A stretch of 64,000 nt of DNA from contig CP086569.2 in NCBI GenBank assembly GCA_009914755.4, forward strand, positions 19,456,001 to 19,520,000. Direction: 5' to 3'. This DNA is from the human T2T-CHM13v2.0 reference genome, Homo sapiens. A program made the position numbers and the translations under genes. Positions 24,827 through 38,042 of the stretch are shown here, piece after piece. Below the pieces are notes generated by a model, which was not told the DNA's origin, ran no database searches, and saw only the letters and a list, made by a program, of their open reading frames with translations. Numbering within the stretch: position 1 is the stretch's first letter; every line of letters begins with the position of its first letter.

Positions 24827-25160
24827 AGCTGGTGGTGAAGCTAATTCCTCTTGTACTTTAAGCTCGGCTCAAGCCACAAGTGTTTTGCAACAAGCCATCA
24901 GGTAGGACTGTAGCCATCCTGCTCAAGTTTGGAGGATATTTAGCCATGAGTGAAGATAAGAAAATTAGTCTAGATGCCCTGGCTGTCCTCTGACCCCAGT
25001 CACCACTTGATGTACATGGCCAATTGTTCCCCTATCTGTTGTTCTTTCAGCTGGCCACGTGACACTAAAAGAGGGACACTCCATTTCACAAACGGTCTTT
25101 TATCTCTGGGGAGTCAACTTGATCCTATAATTCCCTTCTTAAACTTTTTAACATACATTA

Positions 25161-25193
25161 TAATGCGGTGGGTTTTGACGACTTCCCTCCCAT
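25161..25193 (-). pseudogene. gag N-terminus remnant (MGGKSSKPTAL, then stop)
   Basis: ATGGGAGGGAAGTCGTCAAAACCCACCGCATTATAA on the minus strand. MGxxxS fits an N-myristoylation-type gag start. The next frame continues CMLKSLRRE, which resembles the gamma-HERV MA start (..PL.C.LKN.K..), implying a frameshift. Confidence 0.45.
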
Positions 25194-27443
25194 TTCCTCA
25201 CAGTTATGGCACCATGCACTTACACTTTTACTTTTGTGCTTCACACTGATTAGACAGCCTCCCTTGCAGGAGTATTTCAGATGCTGCTTAGCTTTAATGG
25301 AGGGTTTGTATAAACCCTGAACCCAGACCACCACAATCACTAAATTGTGGGGTGCCTCACTAAGCCATATGTGCTAGTTCCAGAGGACGTTTGCCCGTAG
25401 TCCTGGTCAGTCCCACACTTCACTCAGGATGTACGGTCTACGCTAAGAGGCCTGCAGCCCCACACACATCACCCTACTCTTGCACACACATTCACCCACT
25501 TCCCTACCCTCAGTTCCTCTTCATAGGTTGGGGTGTAGGTTTCATTTGAATTAGCGAGCAAATCTTGCGTCCTGGGTCGGATAACTAGGTACACCCTGGG
25601 AGGTGATCCGGCTCCCATTCCATCTTTATGGGATGGGTCCTTCCTTGGGCCCCGAACCTTCCCATGGTTCAGCAGCACGCTGTCCGTGGAATTGTTCTGT
25701 AACCCCTTAGGTTCCATCGTGCTGGAATAGCTTCATTATTCCTTCTAGAAGTGTTTTGTGGATTTGTGTGTTGGGAAGGTCATGCTCTCCTGGTATTTTG
25801 ACTGGGAGAGAAGAGGATTTCCTCGAAGCCCTTTTTATCTGTGCCTATTGGAGATTCTCAACTAAAAGCTCTTACAGTCCATCATCTGGGATATTGTATG
25901 GAAGACCTAAAAGAATCCAATAAAGGTATCATACTATCACTCTTCAAGTCGTGAAGTCCCTAGAGAAACTGTCTTCCTCTTTCTAGATTTCAGAGACTTT
26001 GTTTTCTAACATTATGTCAGAAACACTGGCGTGCTGCATTGTAACTGGAAATTCTAAAAAGTGAAAGTTATAGAAAGGCTTTTAAAGTACCATGGAAAGG
26101 AAATCTCGTAATGCAAATCATGGGATGATATTATTACACAGAATGACATGATGTGATTTACCTACAATAAAATGATTGTATAAAATAAAGTCTTCACCAA
26201 AATTAAATGATCTCAAAGTCTTCATAATATATGTGAAACTGATTGATAGCATATAAATAATATAGATCAAGGAAGAAAAGATAGAATACCTGCCATACAC
26301 TTGGGAAGATAATATAGTTGGCAATGCTTCCAGAAAATATAAGCAAAAATATGTCTTGCCACAATTGCTGAAAGGATATAGTAATAACACCTTTCTAAGA
26401 GGTTTTATTTGTTATGTAATGAGTGAATTAAAAGAAATCAAGCACTTATTTCTAGCTCTCGGGAGCAAAGTGAAAATTTGCAAAAGGAACTCTTATGAAA
26501 GCAAGAGATTATAAGTGTAAGACAAAATTATTTTAAAAATAAACTCAATATCAAGAAAGAAATCGTTTCTGTGGTTTGGACTCCAATAATATTCATTTGA
26601 GATCAACATTGGTAGTTTGTTGAAATAGTCAATTGAGGAGTAATGTTGGATATATTCCCAGGAAAGAGACCATTTCTTTGTTCAGTGGGGCTGGACACCC
26701 TTCCTAAATAATTGTTGAAAGTAGGTGTTGTTCAGACATTCAGTGGGAACATTTCAGTCAATACCAAAAGCCATGCCCACAGATACTAGGATCTAACACA
26801 AAATGAGATTTTCATTCAAATCCATGAAAGAAAGATTTATAACTCAACCTCTATCCTGTGGTATATTCAAGACTGAGGAGAGGATTTTCACAGTACCTAA
26901 AATATATAACTTCCTCGAAATCAGACTGGTATAAACTACTAGATATGAACAATTAAGTTCTTAAAAATCTGGAAAGATTAACGTAAAACTGCCCCCCAAC
27001 AAGAATAACTTTGCATTCAAGAACTTAAGATTGCTTTACCACTTCAAAGGCAACATTGCTAATTCAATGGTGGACATTCCATGCCCTACGGGCTAGTCCA
27101 GGAAGACACTTAGGCGTCACACTCAAAAACAAAAAGTTAAATCACGAGTCTTCATAATAATTAGGCTTAGGTATTGTTTGAGATGAAGAAATAGAATCTA
27201 AAGGCAAAAACAGGTGAGTAGCAGGACACAAATAAATATTTTAAATAGACAATTATTCATCATTGAAAAATGAAGCACATGCTAAAGGAAATCAAAGAAT
27301 TTTTTGTTTGTTTCTTATACAGTAGATTCAGTATAAATATAGCAAGAATAAGTAGTTTCCTAAGTAGATCTCAAAGTAAGGTTGCCACATGTAGGGAGAA
27401 AATACAGGAATTTAAATGTCACATTTTAATTTGAAATTTGACA

Positions 27444-30164
27444 ATTTGTTGACAAAAAACAAATAATTATTTTTAGTATAAGTCTGTCCATGCAATAATG
27501 AGAATATTACTAAGTTACAAGAATATTGACAATTATACTAAAATGCTTTTTGTTGTTTATTTAAAATGAAAAGGTAACCGAGAAGCCTTCATTTTATCTG
27601 GTGACCATCTATGAAAGAGAAGTTATGAAAGTCAAGCTCAGAGTAGGAAGCTTTCATCTACATTCATGAAAAACACCGTAAGACAAAAATGTGTAGAAAG
27701 GGCAGCAGGCAGAATACAAAAATAATCTCTACACAGAATATGATTCCACATACACTGTTGGTATTTAAAACAAAGTTTCAACTCACAAAGATTATGCAAA
27801 TATCAAAGACTTATCAAAAGACCAAGGAAAAGAAGAATAAAAGTTTCCTTCTTTCTTTTTACAGAATGAAGGAAAGTAAACCTCTAAATGAAGGAGGTAT
27901 TACAAGAATTTTTTTTTATGGGGCTAATAAATGTTTTACTTTGTTAGAAAAAAGTTAACTAACTGGGTCCTACTGACTAACTACAGAAAGGGTAGAAATA
28001 TCGTGATTAATGTCAAAAGCAGGAAAAGAAATAAATATGAGTAAGACAATTAAATCAACACAGTTAGGGAAAACATGTGGTGGGTGGGGAGAGGAAGAGA
28101 AAAACTAAGGCAAATGGGAGGCAAAGGCAGAGACAAAGAAAATCCAGGGTAGAACAACTGTCTAATCGGATATCGGTTATGGAGATAACAGAGTAACCAT
28201 ATTAGATATAAACTGTTTAAATTTCTGTGTTAAAATATAAAATACTCATATTAGATTGAGAGAAAAAATTGCTTTTACCTTGAAATAATGACACTGAAAT
28301 ATTGAAAATGAAGGTTTAGAGAAAATTAACAAGTATTTGTCAAAAAAGTAAGGCCACTGATACTATATGAGGCAAAGGAGATTTTTAAGAAAAATGCAAG
28401 CAATAAAGAGGGATAATAATATATAACTTGTAAGGTGACAGACAAAATAAGAAATATCAACATATGAACAAACTTTTAAAGATAATATAACAGTCAGGAA
28501 TTTAAATGCCTCAGTAGCATTGACTCAATATACACCGGAGGCAAATTTTATAAATGTCTATTTAGGTAGACAAATCCCAGTTGTAGTGAGAGGTGTTTAT
28601 TATATTACTCACCGAGACTGATGAGTACACAGACATTTAAGAGTTAATAGAAAGACTTTGCAATGTTTGTGTACTTACTTTTCTTCAGTTTTTTAATGTG
28701 AAGCCAAGTAGTAGAGCACACTTTTAGGATTCTACTAGCTCTGCTAGCAGAGCAAGTATTAATACAGAATAACCCTCTTCCCCTTTAACATCAAGTACGT
28801 CTCATCTAACTAGCACTTTGTTTTGCCTTCTCACATGCTCACTAGACATCATGCTCAACCTTCTCTTCCAGATCCACTTTCTCATGATACTGTTTTCTAA
28901 CTGGTCTTACTTGGATGCCAGCAAAATGCAGGCTTACCAGGATATCAAAGCAAAGAAAGAACAGGAACTACAATATATCCAGTTTCAGTAAAAGAAGTAA
29001 CTCAATTCTTACACACGAATGTTTGCCGGGGGGCTTTCAGTCAATGCATTTACAGCCCTGACAAATTATGAGACAGCTGCTCTGCATTACACATGAGTAT
29101 TCCACCAAACTAATGTAGACATTCAAACACCTCACTTTCTCTCTCAAGCTGCTGGGATGCAGCGCCTGGAATACCTTGCAGTGAGGAAATCTTTTTCTTT
29201 AGAGCAAATATTGGAAGTTTCATGTTAGCCATTTTAAAAGGCAACACTTTGACAAAATGACCTTTCACTCTTTGGAAACTGGGGGCACATTCACATTTAC
29301 TGCTAGAACATTTCTCCCAAAACACTCAGTGTAATATGTGGTACTCTTTGATATGGACTGGTGACATGCCGGCATCAAAAGATGAGACCATACATTTACA
29401 TGTACGTCATTTATTCTCAGTTAAGTGTTATCTACATAGGAAATAAACTGAAATTGTTGTGCAGTTTCAATTCTGACTGCTGACATTTATTAAACTTTGG
29501 CTCAAAGGTAGTGTGATTCGTCTCATGATTGACTTTTTGTACTAGCTTTCTCTCCCAAGTCCGTGTTCCATTAATTTCCTCAGCCAATAAGAAAATATTT
29601 TTCAATAATGCTAAAATTAGCTCCATTTGCTGACCCTACTACTAAAGAATCTGGATTCGGATTCATTGACAAGAATTCCAGAGGCACTTTTATCATAAGT
29701 TTTATTTCAACAAAATACTGATCCAGTTTTTATTATCCTCAAGAGTTAAATGTCAGCTCTGCCTTAAGGAGTATTTGGTATATACATTTTTCAGAATTTG
29801 TATCATAACCAGAGATGCAAATATCTTTAATAGAATTTTGTTCTGTATATTTTTTTTTAATTAAGAATTGTTACCTTACTCAAACGACCACCTTTTTAAA
29901 CCATTTTTCAGTGGTCTGTGTAAACAGTTTCATATCAATTATCTGAAACCTAATTTAAAATTGGCCACAGACATCTAACCTCCTACTGTTAACAGACTTG
30001 AAGATGTAGATAATTTAAATTAGGGTTGGCATTTCATTTTTTCTTACCTATATCTTAATTTCTTGGAATAATAAAGTTTGATGTTCCACAAGAAAACTAC
30101 TTAAGTCATTTTCAAAAGAAACTTGCCATCTGCATTACTGTGTTCCAGACATTAGGTGACTATA
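27444..30164 (+). mobile_element. Copy-B-specific 2.7-kb segment, AT-rich, probably an old LINE-derived fragment
   Basis: Absent from copy A. A has a truncated Alu at the same two breakpoints (11281-11472). Weak L1 ORF2 N-terminal similarity (LDINCLN compared with LNINGLN near 28180-28300). No intact ORF. Confidence 0.35.
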
Positions 30165-31395
30165 GGTACTGGGTGTTAGCAATGGTAAACTCCGTGCAGT
30201 TCTTTATGAAATGCTATATGTAACTGTTGGGTACATCAGTGCTTTCCAAATGGGTTGCTTAATATAGGATCCACTATGTATGTTTATGTTAAATGGTAAC
30301 TTGTGATTTGGCTGTTTCCTGGGTTTTAGAACACCACAATGCAGAAATATATTCAAAATTAACAAAAGTAAACTTTTATCTGGATGCTATTAAATTTGAA
30401 CATCAGGTATCATACATCAGCAGATCTTTTTTTTTTTTTTCTTTTTCTTTTTGTTACTCCATAAAAACACCTGTTTGGGATTTTTTCTTTTAACTGGGAG
30501 AAGCGCTCTTCTGTACAGAATGGCTATTCTAAAAATAGCTACGTGTTTTATTTTCCTCTTGCATGACAGATTTAACTATTCTTTCCAGCAATGGTGGTGC
30601 CTTCAGAGTCCAGTACTCCAGAAGAGTTAGTGTCTTGAGCCTAATTTTACATTTCTAATTCTGGTAGCTATTATCAGAAACTTTTGAAAGTTTTGTTTAT
30701 GTAGCCTAGTATTTTTAATGTAAAGAGAATTAAATTTTGCTATGTATAAATTTTTGTAACCTAACAGTGAATCCATACTTTCAATCAGTGTCAAAGGCTT
30801 CCTATAGTTCTACTCAAGTGTTACAATAAATAATTGTAGATAATAGTCAATATTTGTGTATGCTTAAAGATCTATATTGGTGAAAATAGTAGCGGATGTA
30901 GTAAGAGAAATGAAATAAAAGTATAGCTTCATTCACTTGCCTTTTTACCATATGTACATCCAATCTTTCTTTGTCCTCAGTGTGGTGTCACTTTGGAATA
31001 ATGTGCATAGTAAAGATTGCACATTGGTGTGGAAATCAAGTCCGTGAGCGCTACTTTGTTTATTTCTGGCAAAAATCTCTTCAGCAATTTAAGAAAATAT
31101 TATAGCCTATTGGGCTGTATTGGGCATAAAAGTGCCCCTAGCACTTCTGTGGTTTTCTGTAGAAAGTAATAGCTTTTCTGATTAGTTTTGAAATAAATAA
31201 ATGCCACCTACCTACGAGATTAACAAGGCTTGAACTTTTGCAAATTACAAACGATCAAGGCCTGTGTGTAGTTGTTTATTTTTCAAATCAAAGGTATAAA
31301 AATGGAAAGATTTACTCAGAAATATATAGAAAACCAGTTCTGTCACTCTCTAGAGTTGCAGAGCTAAATATGTTACTCAGAATTTTATTATATAA

Positions 31396-32805
31396 TCTGT
31401 TTGAACTCCTTATCTGTCAACATAATTCTGAATTTGGATTCTCTGCATCTGACCTTCCTTAGTGAGGCCTAGGATTTGTCACTACTGACACATGGCCACT
31501 CCTAATTGAGGTGCTGACTCTGGATCATCACCCTTTATTCTGGCATGACAGAAAAACCGTCAGCAGTTCAATTAGTGTGCTATCTGTCACACTGCTTACT
31601 GCCTATTGTTTAAGTAGCGTTTTGTGCAATTATTTGTCACATGAATAGATAGAGGAAACTGTAAATAATACACAGATGAGATCACAAGCACCTATAAATT
31701 ATCCATAGTGATTCTGCCACAAAATCTAGGACACTCTAGAGGTCTGAGTAGAGATTTTTTCCAGTTCTATGTTGTAAAAGCTAACTTTTAAAAAATAAAA
31801 ATGAGATCAATTGTAAAGGAGGAGCCCTGTTTTTAAAAACTAACGAAATACTTGAAGCCCATTCATTAAGTATGAGGACCAAAATTTCCACAATAAATAT
31901 GCCATCTCAGTATGTTCCTGATGCTATAACACAGTACCTTGGACTGGGTAACTTATGAAACTGGAAAGAAATAAATTTCTTACAGTTTTAGACACTGGGA
32001 AGTCCAAGATCAAGGCACTAATAGGTCCAATGTCTGGTGAAGGTGGGTCTCTTCTTCCAAGATGGCACCTTGTTGCTGTGTTCTCCAGAGAGGACAAATA
32101 CAGTGTCCTCTAATGGTGGAAGGGCTAAAAAGCCTAGCTACTTCCATTGAGTTCTTTTATAAGGTCTCTAATTGCACTCTTAACCTCCTCCCAAAGTCCC
32201 CACTTTTTAATTCTATCACACAGGGGCATTTAAATTCCAACATATAAATTCTGGAGCGACACATATATTCCAGCCACAGGTGTCAAATGGAAAGACCACA
32301 GGCAATATTGTACTATTTCTAATGCCTAGAAAAATGTGTATCTTAATGTTTAGGTAGAAAACAGAAATATGCTGGGAAAAACGACGTCTCGTTGTAAAGA
32401 TCACAGCCCAACTCTTCGGAGGAAAAAACACAGCTTACCCTTCTCAAATGTAAGCCTAGATTTGAGGAATATAGTAGGTTATACTTATCTAAAAATTTAG
32501 TAGAAAAATAAGAAGGCTTTTTTAAAAGAACAGCTCCTTTTAGTATAATGAATGAGACATTTTATGACTGGAAAAGGGGGTTTCACTTGACTCGATTATT
32601 CTCGGTTCATACACTATAGTACCAAATACATTAGGAAAAACCAGTACACTGGATTACCCACCGGTTTCTATTCAGAGTTTTGTCTGATGACAGAGAAACC
32701 TTTACAAAGGAGTAAATGTTATGTAACTTCTCATCATATTGAAATTAGAAGCTGGGGAGCAAACCTGGTTACCAAGAGTCATCTGGTTCGTCATGAGAAA
32801 AGCCT
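31396..32805. mobile_element. Copy-B-specific 1.4-kb insertion/indel containing an ancient mammalian interspersed repeat
   Basis: Flanked by ctgtt at both junctions (atctgtttgaact ... gcctgttaaatt). Copy A has single-copy sequence aacctgttaaattatt at 13013-13028. The internal block 31900-32260 (..ggaagtccaagatcaaggcac..ggtgaaggtgggtctcttcttccaagatggcacc..ataaggtctctaattgcactc..) is a widespread old repeat family whose name I cannot assign. Confidence 0.5.
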
Positions 32806-35249
32806 GTTAAATTAACAAAGGAAAGAGAAAAATTAAAGGGTAAAAATTTTGAAAATTTGTGTCGGACTTTTCTGGTATCTTTATAATGGTTTCAACTTAT
32901 ATCCTGGGGAGTTTCTGGCCTAGCTTATAAATTACATTAGGAACAATTTCACACGTTAAAAATATCAATCCATTCTTTTTATAGTCAGTAATTCTGACTG
33001 ATTCAATAACTTCTTACGGGCAACCTCAAATTTCTATCCATTTCTTTAGCTGACACAATGAGCGATTAGCTGTTCACATATAAAACACAGTGTTGGGAAA
33101 CCAAGTCCATTTCAACTTTTTCCGTAGATTGAAGCATGTCTATAGGGAGCCTTCCTGAACCACCTTTCTTGAGCTCTGATTATGTGGCAGAAAGGGAAGA
33201 TTTTTGAAATTTGGTATGTATTAATTTTATGATATAAGTTTCTCTAAGAACCATTTTTGAAACATATATGTCATTTAAAAGCCTAAAAACGTTGTGACTG
33301 ATAAATACAAAATTTAGCAAGCACATCAAAATAAACGATCAGGTATGCATTTAACACCATGATACTTCAGACTTATATAAAATATTAATGTCAGTACATA
33401 TGTACTTGTTATATGATAATAGTTGTTTTCTTTCTTGTTCCTAAAAAACATGAAAAACCCTACCTTTACAAACATTGATAAACCAAAACCTATTAAATAC
33501 TTTGTCTTAAGAAAAAAAATCCATAATTTTTTTCAAAACAGCATTACCTTTAAATGACTCAAGGTTCCATGTGAAATTTAGATTTTTTATGCTTTCCACC
33601 TTTTTGTCTTCAATGGAGGAGAAAGATTACTCAGATGTGGATTCCTGTTCCAAGGAGTTAAAATAAACCACAGAAGCCCTGTGTGTCCCCCACCCACAGC
33701 ATGTATGCTAGTGAAGTAAGTTTTTGTAATGAAAGTCATTGCTGTCATCATTGGAAAACAAATAGATCATCTAAATGCTGGGAGCGATGAATTTCCCTCA
33801 AGCGTCCTATGCTTTAGATCTGAATTAACCAGGAATCCAGGGAACATCCATGTGTTATGGTAATTCAAGCAAGACTTAACAACTGTGTTAAGTGGACAGA
33901 GTAATCCATCTGATAGGACAAGAATGAGAACCCAGAAGGGAAGAGAACCTGCGGAAAAAGGGAGGCACCAAATGCCCCTGGAAGCAGCCTTGGACTGGCG
34001 GCCATGTCCGCCCTTGGGGTCTTCTGATGCCAGCTAGCTGACATTGACAGCCTCTTCTTTAAAGTCTGTTTTCAAAGCAACATTCTGAAGCAAAGCACAG
34101 TCTACATTTTTTACAGACTTATTTAAGGATCAAATAGAATGCACAAAAATTACCTTCAAAAACAGTCATATACTATGAAACTCCTAAGCTCCATATTCTG
34201 TGCAGCCTTTCTTACTGCTTGTAAGACAAGAAGAGAACAGGGGTGCCTTTCAGGGCACATGCCACTCTTCTGACTTTGGACACTAATTGACTCCCTTCCC
34301 TGACCTCAACGTACTTATGAAAGCTGTACAATGCTGGAACTTGTACAGAGAAGCAACTCATTACCCTTTTGTGATCTAGATTTTCTAGCTCCCTTTGTTC
34401 CCTTGCTAAAATGTAGGTTACTCTGCCGTTTTTCTTCTCTGCCTTTGTTCTTTCACTTGCTGTTGCCATATTTTTTCTTCTTGCTTTTGTTCCTCAATTG
34501 GTTTCTGAACTATACCTAACAGTTCAGAAAATAAAGAGTAGCTGCCCGTATCAGATTGTTCAAATGAATGTGAGACCAGTCTGCAGGAGTCCTTGCCAAG
34601 ACCCGGGGAGACTCTGCTTGGCTTTTGTTTGACACGTGACCTACTTCAAGTCGCTGTTCCATGTTCATCGACTTCAAGCCCCCAATCCCGCTCCTTGCCA
34701 CTGCATCCCACTTCACTTGGCTGAGATGAGTTGTACTCATCCCAGGGTGACTTGTAGTCACCCTCATCATGACCGACTCCAAGTGACATATCCTCCCTCC
34801 ATGTCGCAAGTTCTTGTCCTTTACACGGATCTCCTTCCCCTTTTTCAAAGCAAAGCCTACATTTCTGCCTCTGCCTTTGATTATAATCCCTCTCCTAACT
34901 TTAGGATCCTGACTGAGCCACTGATCCCTATTTCTGTACAGAGCAGTTTTATAACTCTTACTCTCATAAAGGTGCTCAAGTCTGTTCTCCCCTGAAAAAA
35001 CAGAACAGACATCACACACCTGCACTCCCCCAGACATTCTAGCCAACTCACTTTTCATTCCCCACTTCCACCAAATGGACGGCAGTCCTTCCTGGGTTTT
35101 TCACGATTACTCAGATATGGATCCTTTCCGTATCTTTTCTTCTACTGCTGGTCTCTCTACCTGCCCTCACATCCACAGTTCTGACAGTTTCCTGCCATAT
35201 ACATGTGAAATCCTCACAGCACCAGCTTTGTCCTGGGTGGGATCATCCC

Positions 35250-35282
35250 AGTTTTTTTGTTTGTTTGTTTGTTTGTTTTTCT
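35250..35282. repeat. (GTTT)n simple repeat
   Basis: gtttttttgtttgtttgtttgtttgttttt. Confidence 0.85.
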
Positions 35283-38042
35283 CATGCTCTTTCTATCCTC
35301 CATCCATCTAGCAACCAGTGCTGGCATGTTCACATTCCCTGTCATTCAGCTGCACCAGGGGCCTTTCTCACCATCTCCCTGGAATACTTAAAGAGCCCAC
35401 CCAGTCAAGACTCTCCGTGAAGTCAGTCTCTGCCTTCTAGTAACTTGTGGTCATTTGCACCAGGAATTTCCTGAGGGGAAGGTGTGTATCTTCTGTGCAG
35501 TGTCTCTGCTCTGTTAGAGTTCAACACCATGGTAGTCTGGGCTCCAAAAATCTGCCTTTATCTTTCCATATTGATTTCCTATAACACCACCAGCTTTGAC
35601 CTAGAAATATTTCATCTGTCTCAACCCACTCACTGGGGCCTGGCCATGGTTATGTCTTCCTTGCTTGGTATTCACCTTTACTGTCTCCTCGGCCTGCGGC
35701 CCTCCCACACTGTCATAAAGCCTGTTATGCTATTCAAAACCCAACTGAAATGCCATATCCTCCTTATTTCTGAAGGGACAAGTAACCAAACCACTCCAGC
35801 AGCTTACTTACACCATATCTTGCACCTGCTTGTTGAAAACCTACACATACTTGTTTTGTCCACTTCTATTTTTTTCCAGTGAAGCCCCATATTTTAGTAA
35901 ATTGTCTGTTCTCTCTGCATCTTGGCACAGATCCCTACATCTCAAATGTTTCATTAGACATCATTCTCAGAAACAATTATGCTGACCTTTCTCTTACAGT
36001 TCTGACACATAACCGATGTTTTTAAAGCTAGAAATGCTAATACGAAGAAAAATTCATAGGTTTACCAGAGGACTCTGAACCTTCTTGCTCTGCCTTGTTT
36101 TAAACTCATCCGCAGTGACTGAGTTAATTTCATGAATAAGAGAGAAGCAACACAGTTTTTCCTCTCTCTCCACCCCCCATCTCTTCTCAATCCTTCTCAT
36201 GAAATTAAAATACAAAAGAGGCGTTTGATAATTTCTGCAGGCAGAAAGGCAACTTTCTCTTTGCTAGAACAAGAAGTGAAAGTTACTCTAAGATGAGATT
36301 GTTTTCTTTTATGGAATAGTAATCTCAAAATAGGGATGTTGTTTAAGCACCTCTATATTTAGAAACAAAGAGGAAGAACAAACTGCTTTTCTGCTCTGGT
36401 GTATGTTTTGCACCTGCACGGTGGAATACAGAAACCTCTGTGGACACAAAGGCAAAGGAATAAAGTATGTTCATTGGGCACCTCATATCAGAGACACCAA
36501 ATTGCAGCCTTTTCCATTCCATCTGTGCCCAGATGAAGAGGTGAAATGATGAATATAAAAATTTCTCAATAACAACAATGCTACTCACTATGCTCCTTAA
36601 TAATTTTAAAGCTAGTATGATAATGTACATTCTCTCTCAGAGGCAGAACACCTCACTACTCAGTTGATTTTCTTTATTCTATCACATTATTTTCATTCCC
36701 TTGCTCAGGCCTGGGACAAACGGCTGCCTGTCAGAAACTCCTTCTTGGGGCCACCTTCCCTAATGATCAGCTGCAGCCCATTTCTTCTGCACTCCTGGGT
36801 AATGTCTTCCTGGCAATCTGCCTCAGTGACTAGAAATTCAGGAAGACAAGGGCTTGGTTGGGTTCACTGTTGTGCATTCAGCCCCAAGGAAAGTGCCAAG
36901 GAGAGATAGGCTTTAGATAAAATCTCTCTGAATGCTCTCCAAAGCAGATTTACTCTTGAATCAGCAAAGTCCAACTTCTCAAAACCCCTTGCCTCTTTAA
37001 GTAATTCTGTATGTTCTCGAGTGCCATGACTATAAGCAAGAAACTGCTAACAAGAGGTTTTGGAAATGTTTTGAAGATGATGCATTTTCAATATTTGTGG
37101 GGAAGAAAGTGTGGTTTAACTTGAGAAATTTTCTTTCGTGTTTGAGAATTAAACACTTTGATCCCAAAACAAAAGAGCCTGGCTGTTTGCTTAGCCCTAG
37201 AGCAAAGTGCAAAGCTCCCACAGCTCTCTTCCAGTCTCCCTGCACCTCCAGCAAGGAAAGTGGGTAATCTGAAAGAAGACTGGATTGAGAAAGTGGGCCA
37301 GACAAGAGAAGTCTGATGGCCAGTTTTTCTCCAGTGCTAAGTTAACTCAGCGTAACAGCTTTTCCAAAAATTAAAATACAAATATTTTCCCTAATTTCTT
37401 AAGACACGAAGGAAGCATATAGGTGGAAAAAGAAATAATATTTAAATGTTTCAATCACATAAAGTTCTCTAATGGGAGTTAACTATTATTTCAGTGTTTC
37501 ATCATGATCTCTCAAGATGATAAGGCCTTCATGAAATAGTTTTTGCCAAAGAGTTTTGGGGAAAAGTCTACCTAGTATGCTAGACACTGAATAGTTAATG
37601 AAAACACTTTCAAGAAACTCATCTCGGAAGCCAAAATGAGAAGTCCTTCATTGCAACGTGTGCTTTCCTCAGCATGGTCTTTACAAGATAACACAGAAGT
37701 TACTTCAGAAACGTCATTAACGACATAACGACACTATAAACCCCACACCAATACTTTGACTAGATTACACCTACAAAAAGACCTTCAGTGATACATGAAA
37801 TAATTCACAGAGTACACATTACACAGATGTGACCCTGCAGACTGTTAGTTAAAATAAATAACTTACTTGGGTATTGATATGAGATGGGCACAGCAGCTGC
37901 AGCAGCACCCACAAGAGGCATATCTCCAGATATGCGTACACATGAGACATATCTCCAGAAGAGAACTCATCCATTTCAAGATGCCCGGGCACGTTTCCTG
38001 CATCTGCATGAGGCACAAATGGTTTTCCCATGAGTCGTTCCT

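Larger units (their letters stand above)
17012..25830 (-). mobile_element. HERV-1: defective class I (gammaretrovirus-like) endogenous provirus with 3' LTR, env, pol, pro, gag and leader; no 5' LTR
   Basis: Minus-strand ORF remnants in canonical order (env TM 17884-18168, IN 20505-20705, RNase H 21043-21441, RT 22018-22630, NC-PR 23195-23896, gag p12/CA 24389-24826). One LTR at 17012-17545 begins TGTTGTGGG. The leader (25191-25830) abuts copy B with no second LTR. Confidence 0.85.
25722..37212. repeat. Segmental duplicate copy B; paralogous to 5830-17011
   Basis: Same collinear blocks as copy A. Copy-B-specific segments at 27444-30164 and 31396-32805. Homology with A ends at about 37212, where B continues into unique sequence. 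Confidence 0.85.

Noticed and set aside
34516-35058. 180-aa minus-strand ORF inside duplicate block B, and its plus-strand partner at 34636-34995
   Set aside because: No recognisable domain. Both strands are open, which is typical of non-coding DNA. The paralogous region in A is not open. It is probably a chance ORF in old repeat-derived sequence.
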